Shown here: one piece after another, positions 48,180 to 56,441 of the stretch | Position numbering within the stretch: the stretch's first letter is position 1 | Layout: each line of letters opens with the position of its first letter | Made by a program: the position numbers and the translations under genes | Source: a virus | Reading direction: 5' to 3' (one strand) | Length of the DNA: 64,000 nt | Virus record (IMG/VR): IMGVR_UViG_3300037840_000227 | Span: 34,783 to 98,782 of that record | The notes under the pieces: generated by a model | Told to the model about the DNA's origin: nothing | Seen by the model: the letters and a program-made list of their open reading frames with translations, nothing else | The model's database searches: none

Positions 48180-48431
48180 TCACTGGCGCGCGCATAGGCT
48201 TCGCCGCTCACGGGCGCTCGCCGCCGCCCGCGCCAGCCCTTTCCTCATATACGCCCGGGCGGTAAACCGTCCGGCGTAAATCTCCACGTAGATTTCGCGT
48301 CCGTCGAACAGCTTGAGCGAAACACCGTTCCCGCTCGGCGTTAGCTCGGCGGTATGGCTCTTCTCAGTCTCTTCGTCGTAGAGAACGATTTGCATGATCA
48401 TGGCTAGCCCTTCCCCATTGCTACCGGACAC
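48180..48431 (-). CDS. Hypothetical protein
   Basis: ORF in the leftward operon; the start may be at MIMQIV. Confidence 0.5.
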   Translation of the reverse strand: MSGSNGEGLAMIMQIVLYDEETEKSHTAELTPSGNGVSLKLFDGREIYVEIYAGRFTARAYMRKGLARAAASARERRSLCARQ

Positions 48432-48478
48432 CTAATCGCCCGTATATGGCGCACCTCGCGTGCGCCATAGGCTTGCGG

Positions 48479-48940
48479 TCAGGCTCGCGCATTCGCCTTT
48501 GCGTTCCAGACTGCTTCCACCATATTCTCTGCGTCGGGCGGCCCTGCCTCGTTCGGTGTCCAGGTGCGCCAATCGTCGCCGGAATATTTGCCGTCTAGCT
48601 CCTTCTCCAAGACGGCGCACACTTCATCGGAAATATCCAGCCACGCGGCCTGGTAGATTTCCGCGCCGGTCATTTCGCCTTGCGAGGTGCGATACTTAGA
48701 ATCGTTGTCGTAATCGCCAACCATCGCGATACGATCACCGCGCCACGCGCCGATAATGGCCGGTCCAGTAAGATCGCCACCGCCTGCGCCGTTCGAGGCG
48801 GACGCCAGTAAAACAATCAACGCGGCGCCGGTTCCGGGATGATTCGCCAATTGCTCCCAGAGCTTCAAGCCGCACCCGAGTCGGTGCGGGTCTATTTGCT
48901 GGCATTTATCGAGGTTAACAACCCTGTGATACTGTCCCAT
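48479..48940 (-). CDS. Conserved-looking phage hypothetical protein with C-tag-like tail
   Basis: MGQY...VNLDK...GLKLWE...GAWRGDRI..VGDY; ends PPDAENMVEAVWNAKANARA. Confidence 0.7.
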   Translation of the reverse strand: MGQYHRVVNLDKCQQIDPHRLGCGLKLWEQLANHPGTGAALIVLLASASNGAGGGDLTGPAIIGAWRGDRIAMVGDYDNDSKYRTSQGEMTGAEIYQAAWLDISDEVCAVLEKELDGKYSGDDWRTWTPNEAGPPDAENMVEAVWNAKANARA

Positions 48941-49012
48941 TGGATTCCCCTTTCAGGTTCGGACTCAATCGCCCGCCGTCGCCCCGCCTTTCGACGGGGC
49001 GCTAGCTGGCGG

Positions 49013-49915
49013 TCAGCCGAGAAAGTCACTCGCCAACTCTAGGATACGTTGCGCTGCGTCTGCCGTCGTCGCCCGTAGGGTTTCATCCTCGCGAAGCTCT
49101 TGAGCGTCATGCCCGCACAGATCGGCGCGCATGGCCTCTACAAGAGCGTCTAGGCGCGAGTCGTTGGTGAGATTGAGCGCCGGCAGGATGTCCACAAGCT
49201 CGCGGACATTATCGACAAGCGATGCCTTGAATGTACCGCTTGCTCGCTGGCCGTCGTCGCCCGGCTGATAGGCGCGGAGCCGTTCAATCATGTGGCTTAC
49301 AGCATCCATGATCCTGGTTTGCGTGTCCTTCATCGCGCCGTCTAGCGCCTGCCGATTAGCTGCCTCGATATCGCGGCGAATATCGCCGGCTTGATCCGCG
49401 TCAAGCTCGACTCGGAAATCAGCGGCGTCTGGGATGGGCAGGATACGGACGTCGAACGCAAAGGCGTCCTCAAGGTCGCTCGCGGGCGGATAATCGGCCT
49501 CGTCAAAAAGGTCGCCAAGCGAGCGCCGCGCGGCTTGAACATGCGCGGTATAGGCGCCCTGAAAATCGCGTACTGCATCCTCGAATGCGGTCTTTGCCTT
49601 GTGAACGGCCTTGCAATACGTGTCGTATGCCTTGGCCGGCAGGATACGGGCGCCGTTGTCGAGCCAAGGAAGCGTATGCTTGTAGTGCGCGGCGCGCGCG
49701 TCGCCAGCGGCAGCGGCGATTGACTTCACGGCTGTCTTGTCCACGAGCGCTTTGGTGAAACGTCCCGAGTCGCTGTTGGCGTGGTTTGTCTCCAGCGTTT
49801 CGGCCGTCGCGCGTTTGTCGAGCTTGCGCGCCTGCCACTGGCGGATGGTGAGGCTCGAAAGCATCGCGCGGGATGCGAGCAAGCCGTTTGTCTGTACTGT
49901 GGTTTGCATGTTCAT
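49013..49915 (-). CDS. DUF3150-like protein
   Basis: AML.SL.I..W.ARKLDK...K.L....TLPW.D.GARILP....F...Y......LGDLF...DYP. Confidence 0.7.
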   Translation of the reverse strand: MNMQTTVQTNGLLASRAMLSSLTIRQWQARKLDKRATAETLETNHANSDSGRFTKALVDKTAVKSIAAAAGDARAAHYKHTLPWLDNGARILPAKAYDTYCKAVHKAKTAFEDAVRDFQGAYTAHVQAARRSLGDLFDEADYPPASDLEDAFAFDVRILPIPDAADFRVELDADQAGDIRRDIEAANRQALDGAMKDTQTRIMDAVSHMIERLRAYQPGDDGQRASGTFKASLVDNVRELVDILPALNLTNDSRLDALVEAMRADLCGHDAQELREDETLRATTADAAQRILELASDFLG

Positions 49916-49932
49916 TGTCGATCCCCAGAGTT

Positions 49933-50007
49933 AGAGGCTAATCGCCTCGGACCGCGCCGCCCCGAGTGGAGCGGCGCGCGCCGAGTAGATCAGAGGCTAA
50001 TCGCCTC
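49933..50007. repeat. Direct repeat AGAGGCTAATCGCCTC x2 flanking a GC hairpin
   Basis: Copies at 49933-49948 and 49992-50007, each itself a GAGGC/GCCTC hairpin. Confidence 0.75.
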
Positions 50008-50172
50008 AAGATATGTCAGCCCCGCCGCCGCCAGCGCGAGGCTAACGACGACGATCCAGCCGATGGCGTCGACGCGCGCGGCTAGCTGCGAGCGGCGGCG
50101 GGCGCGGGTGTAGGCAATCCAGCTATCGAGGCTATTGAAGTGGTGTCTATCGATCATGAGACTCCCCTGTGG

Positions 50173-50382
50173 TTATGCCGATAAGGTTGCGAGCTTCGCC
50201 CGCAGTTTCACCAATCGCGCGGCGCTCATTGCGTCATGCGGATGATGTTTAAGGTGGCCCTCTATCGCCGCGATCACGCGGGCGACTGTTGCGCGTTGCT
50301 TCGGCGCGCAGACGTTCTGCTTGACGCGATCGCCAGTGAGTCCGCCGCGCCATGCCCTCGGGTGAATGCTGAGACTGTCCAT
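50173..50382 (-). CDS. Hypothetical protein
   Basis: GGAGGAG RBS; IEGHLKHHPHD. Confidence 0.6.
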   Translation of the reverse strand: MDSLSIHPRAWRGGLTGDRVKQNVCAPKQRATVARVIAAIEGHLKHHPHDAMSAARLVKLRAKLATLSA

Positions 50383-50390
50383 TTCTCCTC

Positions 50391-50588
50391 CTAGATTGCG
50401 ATGTTGAACGGCGCGATTGAGTAGACGTCGCAGTTATCGACGCGCCGGCCGCGCCATAGCCGGATGGTTAAGCCGCGCCCCGCGATTGGAGCGACGGCGA
50501 AGCGAGCGAAAGCTAGGGCGGCGGCGCCGTCCGTGAAAGTGACGGGCCGATAACCTGGGATCGAAAGGCGATAGACGGGCATTGACAA
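50391..50588 (-). CDS. Hypothetical protein, first gene of the leftward arm
   Basis: AAAGGA RBS. Confidence 0.5.
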   Translation of the reverse strand: MSMPVYRLSIPGYRPVTFTDGAAALAFARFAVAPIAGRGLTIRLWRGRRVDNCDVYSIAPFNIAI

Positions 50589-50605
50589 TCCTTTGTCCGC
50601 TAGTT

Positions 50606-50738
50606 AGGCGCAATTCGCCCGGCGCTATCTAAGGCATATAAATACGCTGCTTGCAATGATTAAATGCTGTTGACAGGTGAAAAATAACTGGACTGTCCTA
50701 ACAATCGGGTGTAGGGAAATGGCGGGCGAATTGCGCCT
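50606..50738. promoter_or_regulatory. Divergent promoter region bounded by 16-bp perfect inverted repeats
   Basis: AGGCGCAATTCGCCCG (50606-50621) and CGGGCGAATTGCGCCT (50723-50738) around an AT-rich core containing TTGACA and TTGCAA. Confidence 0.7.
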
Positions 50739-50762
50739 TTTGCACTAATCACGGGGACTCTC

Positions 50763-51836
50763 ATGCACATAATCCAAGCGAAACAATGCCTTAAGGCCTA
50801 TATACAGGCCGGCATTCCGACATTTTTGGAAGGACCGCCCGGTGTCGGCAAGTCGGATATTACCTATCAGGTGTCCGACGAGCTAAGCGCCTATCTTGTC
50901 GAGGAGCGGGCGTCGACTCTTGAGTCTATCGACATGCGCGGGCTTCCGTTCGTTTACAACATCGGGAATCTCGCGAGCGCCCTCGCTGGCGCGCATGCGG
51001 ATAAGGTGCAATCGATCCTCGATCAGATGGAAGTCTATGCCGGCCCAACTGTCCAATGGGCTAAGCCGCATTGGCTGGACGAATTGGAGCGCGCGCCGGC
51101 TGAACAGCTTAAAATTCTCTTCCTCGATGAGCTAGTGCAAGCAAGTCTCGCTGTTCAAGTCGCCTGTTTTCAGTTGGTATGGAATGGCCGAATCGGCCCT
51201 CACAAGCTCCCGCCTCATACCATCGTCGTTGCGGCTGGCAATCGCCAGGCTGACCGCGCCGGCGCCAATCGCATGCCAACGGCCCTCGCCAACCGATTCG
51301 GGCATATCGATGTCGAGGTGGATTCCGACACGTGGCAAAAATGGGCCAACGTCAACGGGATCGAGCCGCTGTTGTGTGCGTTTTTGAAGTTCAGGCCGGC
51401 CTCGCTTCATCGCATGCCGGAAGGCAATGTCAAAGCATTCCCCTCACCGCGCTCCTGGGTGCAAGTGGCGAAGATTCTCCATGCGGCGGATGACATCAGG
51501 CCGAAGCTAATCGAAGGGCTTGTCGGCGAAGGCGATGCAGCCGAGTTGGAGAAGTTCATTCAAATGTACAAACATCTCCCCTCCTTCGCCGAGATTATCG
51601 CTAGGCCTCAGACGGTTGCAGTCCCGACTCAACCGGACATTCAACACGCTGTGGCGTCGATGCTCTCGCGCAAGGCGGATCGGACGAATTTTGATGCAAT
51701 CTGTGTCTATGCCGGCAGATTGCCGAAGGAATTCGAAGTGAGTCTCGTGAGCGAGGCGGTTCAACGCGACGCGGGCTTGAAAACGACGAAGGGCTTTATC
51801 GCTTGGGCATCCCGCAATTCCGACATTACAATCTAA
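50763..51836 (+). CDS. MoxR-type AAA+ ATPase
   Basis: Walker A GPPGVGKS, Walker B ILFLDE, AAGN, ALANRF, PSPRSW. Confidence 0.9.
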   Translation: MHIIQAKQCLKAYIQAGIPTFLEGPPGVGKSDITYQVSDELSAYLVEERASTLESIDMRGLPFVYNIGNLASALAGAHADKVQSILDQMEVYAGPTVQWAKPHWLDELERAPAEQLKILFLDELVQASLAVQVACFQLVWNGRIGPHKLPPHTIVVAAGNRQADRAGANRMPTALANRFGHIDVEVDSDTWQKWANVNGIEPLLCAFLKFRPASLHRMPEGNVKAFPSPRSWVQVAKILHAADDIRPKLIEGLVGEGDAAELEKFIQMYKHLPSFAEIIARPQTVAVPTQPDIQHAVASMLSRKADRTNFDAICVYAGRLPKEFEVSLVSEAVQRDAGLKTTKGFIAWASRNSDITI

Positions 51837-51848
51837 GGAGGGGACGAA

Positions 51849-53006
51849 ATGACGCCCCTACAGGCTAAAGCCGCTGAGCGCATACGGATCGCCCGTATGC
51901 GCGTCATGCTCAAAAATGGATTCTTCGGCGCGCCTCTTATGCAGATGGGCATGCGCGCCGAGGACTCGATTCCAACGATGGGAGTCGACGGCCGACATCT
52001 CTACTACAACGCCAAATGGGTGCTCGATCTCAAGGGCGATGAACTGCAGGGCGTTCTCGTACATGAGGTGCTGCATATCTGCTATCTGCACCATACGCGC
52101 CGAGGGGACCGCGATCCAGAGCTATGGAATGTCAGCGGGGATGCGGTCATTAACCTGGATGTTAAAGCCGCCGGCTTCCAGCTACCTCCCGGCGTTAACA
52201 CCCCAGGCGGGATGATCCAAATACCGGATGCAGCCGGCAAGTCTTGTGAGCAAGTATACAACATGCTCAAGAAGCAAGGCTTCAAACCGGCGCCCGGTCC
52301 TGATCCTGGCGGATGCGGCGGCGTCATGGATGCAGCCAAGCCCCATCAGGTGGTAGCGCTCGGCGAAGCGGAGCGACAGGCGCAACAAATGATCCGGGGC
52401 GCGATGGCTGTTGCGCGCGGGCGCAACGCGGGCAATATTCCATCGGCGCTCGTGCGGATGATGGCCGAACTGGATAAGCCTAAAACGAGTTGGGGCGATA
52501 CGTTCCGAGCTTGGGCGGATGAGGGCCGCAGCTATGATACCGATTGGTGTCGGCCATCGCGGCGCGATCTCGGGAATGGATTTATCCTGCCGTCAACCGT
52601 CTCGATTGCGCCGGCTCATATCGTGGCCTGGGTTGATACGTCTGGCTCCATGTCGCAAGAGGCTCTGAGCGCGATCATGGCGGAGCTTCAGGGGATGCTT
52701 GACGAGCACGTGTGCGACAAGCTCACCATTGGTTATTGCGACACGCGCGTTCAGGGTACGGAGGAGTGTGAGCCGGGCGACATTATCAAATCGGTTCCGC
52801 GCCCTGGCGGCGGTACCGATTTCGCGCCAGCAATGGAGTGGACTCGCCAGAACGTGGAGCGGCCATCGGGTGTCGTGTACCTCACCGATCTGGAATGCCA
52901 CTCGTTCGGCTTTTCGCCTGGGTGTCCCGTTTTGTGGGTGCGGTATGGCTCCTATGGCAATAATCCGCCGTACGGCCGTGTTCTCGAAATCGATCCAAGC
53001 GCATGA
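51849..53006 (+). CDS. HExxH metallopeptidase-like plus VWA domain protein (DUF2201-like)
   Basis: VLVHEVLH...H..RR...WN...D..IN; MIDAS VDTSGSMS, GGGTDF, YLTD. Confidence 0.9.
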   Translation: MTPLQAKAAERIRIARMRVMLKNGFFGAPLMQMGMRAEDSIPTMGVDGRHLYYNAKWVLDLKGDELQGVLVHEVLHICYLHHTRRGDRDPELWNVSGDAVINLDVKAAGFQLPPGVNTPGGMIQIPDAAGKSCEQVYNMLKKQGFKPAPGPDPGGCGGVMDAAKPHQVVALGEAERQAQQMIRGAMAVARGRNAGNIPSALVRMMAELDKPKTSWGDTFRAWADEGRSYDTDWCRPSRRDLGNGFILPSTVSIAPAHIVAWVDTSGSMSQEALSAIMAELQGMLDEHVCDKLTIGYCDTRVQGTEECEPGDIIKSVPRPGGGTDFAPAMEWTRQNVERPSGVVYLTDLECHSFGFSPGCPVLWVRYGSYGNNPPYGRVLEIDPSA

Positions 53007-53254
53007 GCGAGAAAGTCACTCTTACGCCAGAACAAGCGGCAGGATTGCCGACCGGTGTCCAGTGGGAACTCGTGCGCCTCGTGACTGGCAGCGTTGGCGC
53101 GCTGGACGCAGTGAACTTTGGCGCCGGTCGCGCGTTCCCGCTGTATTGGAGCCTTGTACGCAAGTGCTGGTGCTCGGTAGAACCGGACTTGCCACCGTCA
53201 ATGGCAGTCTGGGATGCCATAGATGAGCTACGGGCGACTGAGGCACGCCGATGA
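53003..53254 (+). CDS. C-tag array protein B1
   Basis: Ends VWDAIDELRATEARR. Confidence 0.75.
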   Translation: MSEKVTLTPEQAAGLPTGVQWELVRLVTGSVGALDAVNFGAGRAFPLYWSLVRKCWCSVEPDLPPSMAVWDAIDELRATEARR

Positions 53255-53598
53255 GCAAAGCGCCCAAGCCTCGCAAGCGGCGGTTCGAGCACGTCAAGGC
53301 AGGGGATGTGCTGGTTACCGCGCCGTCTGAGCGATACGGTGTCAGGGGTACGTATTTCGTTGTCGTACTGCTGCGCCAAGTCGATGCGGTATACTGTCAG
53401 ACATGCGATGAGGACGGCAGCCATGCGCGCGGCCCGAAATGGGGTAGTTCCGTTTTGAGATTGGCTCAACAAGGATTCCAGTACGTTTCCGTCTGGCGGG
53501 CTCTCGCGCACCAGGAGCAAGTCGCATCTGTCACGCATGACGCGGATGCGCTGTATGAGGCTATCGAGGCTCTTCGCGAGCGGGAGGCGCGCCGATGA
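53251..53598 (+). CDS. C-tag array protein B2
   Basis: Ends LYEAIEALREREARR; contains HVKAGD. Confidence 0.75.
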   Translation: MSKAPKPRKRRFEHVKAGDVLVTAPSERYGVRGTYFVVVLLRQVDAVYCQTCDEDGSHARGPKWGSSVLRLAQQGFQYVSVWRALAHQEQVASVTHDADALYEAIEALREREARR

Positions 53599-53858
53599 AG
53601 GAGGCGTATGTGATTCTGAACGGGGAGCAATTGCTGAAGTTGCCGGGGGGCACTGGCGCGTATCACCACGCGTGGCTAGACCCGAACGGCTATATCGTTG
53701 CCGAGTCGCTCATGGGCGGTCCTAAACTATTCTGGGCGCCGATATCGCGGGAATGGTGGGAGTACCGCGAAGCGCAGCCGCCCGACGTCTGCGATATGAT
53801 CGAGGCGATTGAGGAATTAAGAGCTTCGGAGGCAGGACGATGGGGCAAGGGCCAATAG
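53595..53858 (+). CDS. C-tag array protein B3
   Basis: Ends MIEAIEELRASEAGRWGKGQ. Confidence 0.75.
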   Translation: MKEAYVILNGEQLLKLPGGTGAYHHAWLDPNGYIVAESLMGGPKLFWAPISREWWEYREAQPPDVCDMIEAIEELRASEAGRWGKGQ

Positions 53859-54178
53859 ACGCGGGCGATCTGCATCGGCGCGCCCTGCGGGTTCTTGCGG
53901 GCGAGAAGATCGATTACTGGGCTCCGCAGCGCGAACTTCCTAGGGATACTCCTTTTGAACTCGCCAATTGGCAGAGGGTGCAATTCACTGGCGCGCTCGT
54001 GGCGATAGACGCAACTGGCTATTACGCGCCTGTCGTGAAGATTAAGAGCCAATGGCATAGGCTATATACCTTTGGCGAGGATTGGGGCAATCGATTGGAA
54101 AATGCACCATCGGCGCCCGATAGCATTGCAATGTGGGATGCTATCGACGCGCTCCGAGCCTCGGAGGCCGGGCGATGA
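53840..54178 (+). CDS. C-tag array protein B4
   Basis: Ends MWDAIDALRASEAGR. Confidence 0.75.
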   Translation: MGQGPIDAGDLHRRALRVLAGEKIDYWAPQRELPRDTPFELANWQRVQFTGALVAIDATGYYAPVVKIKSQWHRLYTFGEDWGNRLENAPSAPDSIAMWDAIDALRASEAGR

Positions 54179-54417
54179 AAGTTCCGAGCGAATTGACGAT
54201 AGAGAGAACCGCCGCGGGCTTGCCTTCTGGCATATGGGAGTACCATCGCGAGAGTTTTGGACTCGTCGCGGAAGATCATTCCGGCGTTCATGCGCCGTAC
54301 TGTTGGAATGTCTACGATGGAGAATGGCGCGTCTTGCTAGGCCGCGCGCACGAGCGTCACGGGCCGCACATTGAAGATGCAATCGAGGAATTGCGCGCCA
54401 GCGAGGCAAGGCGATGA
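54175..54417 (+). CDS. C-tag array protein B5
   Basis: Ends IEDAIEELRASEARR. Confidence 0.75.
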   Translation: MKVPSELTIERTAAGLPSGIWEYHRESFGLVAEDHSGVHAPYCWNVYDGEWRVLLGRAHERHGPHIEDAIEELRASEARR

Positions 54418-54659
54418 AGTTCAACGATCTGACGAGCGATCAGCGCTATTTGCTGTTGCGGGTGAGCAGCGGGCCATGGGAGTTTCATCTCGACGTCAAT
54501 GGCTATCTCGTGGCGACTCATCGCTTCTTGAAGTGGTGTCGATACTGGAGTCCGCTGCGATCAATGTGGCTACCGCTATCGTTAGTGCCGCTCGAAGCGG
54601 CAGCGATCTGGGATGCGATCGAAGAGCTTCGCGCCTCAGAGCGGCGGAACACGAGCTAG
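54414..54659 (+). CDS. C-tag array protein B6
   Basis: Ends IWDAIEELRASERRNTS. Confidence 0.75.
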   Translation: MKFNDLTSDQRYLLLRVSSGPWEFHLDVNGYLVATHRFLKWCRYWSPLRSMWLPLSLVPLEAAAIWDAIEELRASERRNTS

Positions 54660-54913
54660 TGATTTGATTTAATTGATGTTTCAGTCTCTAATGCTGCGTC
54701 GCGCTCTTCATCCATCGTTGATGTCGCCAGCCAGCGGTCATTGGCAAGTCTCGCGACAATCCAATGCGCCAGGCGAGCAACCGACGTCGGCGCTCTCACC
54801 GCGTCGAACATGTCGGTTATCGGAGCGTGCTCGCCACTTGCCAGCACCACGACTCGCCGGATCAGATCGACGCTCGAAACCTCGTCTCGTCGTGCTCTAA
54901 TCTGCCGGTCCAT
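54656..54913 (-). CDS. Hypothetical protein
   Basis: Convergent ORF that bounds the array. Confidence 0.5.
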   Translation of the reverse strand: MDRQIRARRDEVSSVDLIRRVVVLASGEHAPITDMFDAVRAPTSVARLAHWIVARLANDRWLATSTMDEERDAALETETSIKSNH

Positions 54914-55149
54914 ATATGACGCCTGACGGGTCCGCCCGAAACGGTCCAGATGGTTGCGGCGGCGCCGGCCATTGCGGAGGCAACGGATAACCGCCTGCTG
55001 GCATGTGATCGCTCGGCGTCAAGAACTCGACGCGCTTGACAGTCATGCCGTCCTCGAAAAACTCAATTGCGCGCACGAGAGGGCAACGGCCCTGATGCGG
55101 GAGATTGCCGCACCCGGCAATGAGGCGGTTCAACTGCGGATGAAGTCAT
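54897..55149 (-). pseudogene. Small Cys/His protein, apparently frameshifted near its 5' end
   Basis: ATG 55149 gives MTSSAVEPPHCR; the continuation CGNLPHQGRCPLVRAIEF is in another frame. Confidence 0.35.
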
Positions 55150-55679
55150 CTAAGTACCTGTTTCTCTTAGGTATTGGAACCTTGAGAGTGCTGGAGCCAA
55201 GGCATAGCACGACATCCCAGGCCGAAGCCTAGTTGTCGCTATGCCTTGGCGATCGATTTGGCTGGAACCCCGAGCCGCGCCGTCGCTTTCGGCCCATCGA
55301 TGCGAAACCGCCGCTTGATGGTTGCTGGCTACTTGCGGAGCGCTGTTGCTCCGGCGGCCCGCCCTTCCAGCTTTCGCACTAGGCGTTGACTTTGGCCGCA
55401 TCCCGCAATAGTCACTCGATATATCGGAACGTTGCTGTTTGCCCGTTCATTCCGATCGAGCGCCCGGTTGAGACGAATCAACGCGGGCGCACTCTTTTAC
55501 AGCAAGCGGTTAGAGGCTTCAAAGTCACGCTTCCGCCGCCGGTTTAAGCCCTCTCCAGCGCTATCAATTCCACCCTATCCCTAGCCATCTCGCCTAACTG
55601 CAATTGACGCCAGCGGCCACGGCATTGAAGATAGCGGGCCATCTAGCGCGAACTCGACCTTGCCTAGACATTCCCCTGC

Positions 55680-56441
55680 TTGGCGCGCCGGAACCAACAA
55701 CCTACAATCATCCCCATGCAAGGAAAGAAAAAAAAGCCAGGTGCTTTCGAGCCGCTGACCCCGCAAGAAACGGCCTTCGCCTTGGCTGTCTGCGACGGCG
55801 CAAAGCTTGGCCAAGCTGCAAAACTCGCCGGATACTCCTCCGAGCGTAATCAGGCTTGGCAGCGTCGACACAAGCCGCATATCGCTGCGTTCATCGAAAA
55901 GACGCTGCAGGAACGTGTACAGGCTAGCACGCGCACTTTCGCGAAACGGCTGGCAGCGAAGGGCGATCTACAGGCTCGCACCCTCAAAGAGCTTGAATTA
56001 CTGGCGTTTTCAGACGTGCGCCAGTTTGTGCATTGGAAACGCGAGCCAGCGGTGAATGCGCATGGCGAAGTCACAGGCATCGAAACAGACGTGCAATTGC
56101 GCGACTCTGCGGAGATACCGCCCGAGGCCGCTCGGGTCATCAAGCGCGTGACGAGGCGTGACGGCCTCATGCAAGTCGAGATGCACGACAAGCAGTCGGC
56201 GCTATTCATCCTCGCTAAGACCTTGGGAATGTTGAGCGAAGCATCTGCGCCGCCTGAGACGCCGCGACTCGTTGCAGCGGATCAGAATGCGATGGAAGCC
56301 GCCCGGCGAGTCGCCTTCATGCTGGCGATGGCGAAGCACAACTTACCGCCGCTGATCGAAGGCAAGGCGATCGAAGAGCGGGTTGAAAGCAGGGTTGATG
56401 ATTCGCTCGACAGTAAGACGATAGACGAAACAAAGCCTTAG
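55680..56441 (+). CDS. terS: Terminase small subunit
   Basis: LTPQETAFA.......QAAKLAGYS HTH, P.I.A.I, ELELLAFSD, EMHDK.SAL..LAK.LGM. Likely ATG at 55716. Confidence 0.85.
   Translation: MARRNQQPTIIPMQGKKKKPGAFEPLTPQETAFALAVCDGAKLGQAAKLAGYSSERNQAWQRRHKPHIAAFIEKTLQERVQASTRTFAKRLAAKGDLQARTLKELELLAFSDVRQFVHWKREPAVNAHGEVTGIETDVQLRDSAEIPPEAARVIKRVTRRDGLMQVEMHDKQSALFILAKTLGMLSEASAPPETPRLVAADQNAMEAARRVAFMLAMAKHNLPPLIEGKAIEERVESRVDDSLDSKTIDETKP

Noticed and set aside
48180-48480. Weak repeat CATAGGCTT near two gene ends
   Set aside because: It is too short and degenerate to distinguish from chance.
44777-54659. CRISPR array or diversity-generating retroelement as the explanation for the repeats
   Set aside because: The repeats are degenerate, codon-patterned and inside ORFs. 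No cas gene, reverse transcriptase or adenine-specific TR/VR pair was seen.
55400-55680. Possible tRNA or ncRNA upstream of terS
   Set aside because: Only one hairpin (GCGCCCG...CGGGCGC) is present; no cloverleaf or T-loop consensus was found by eye.
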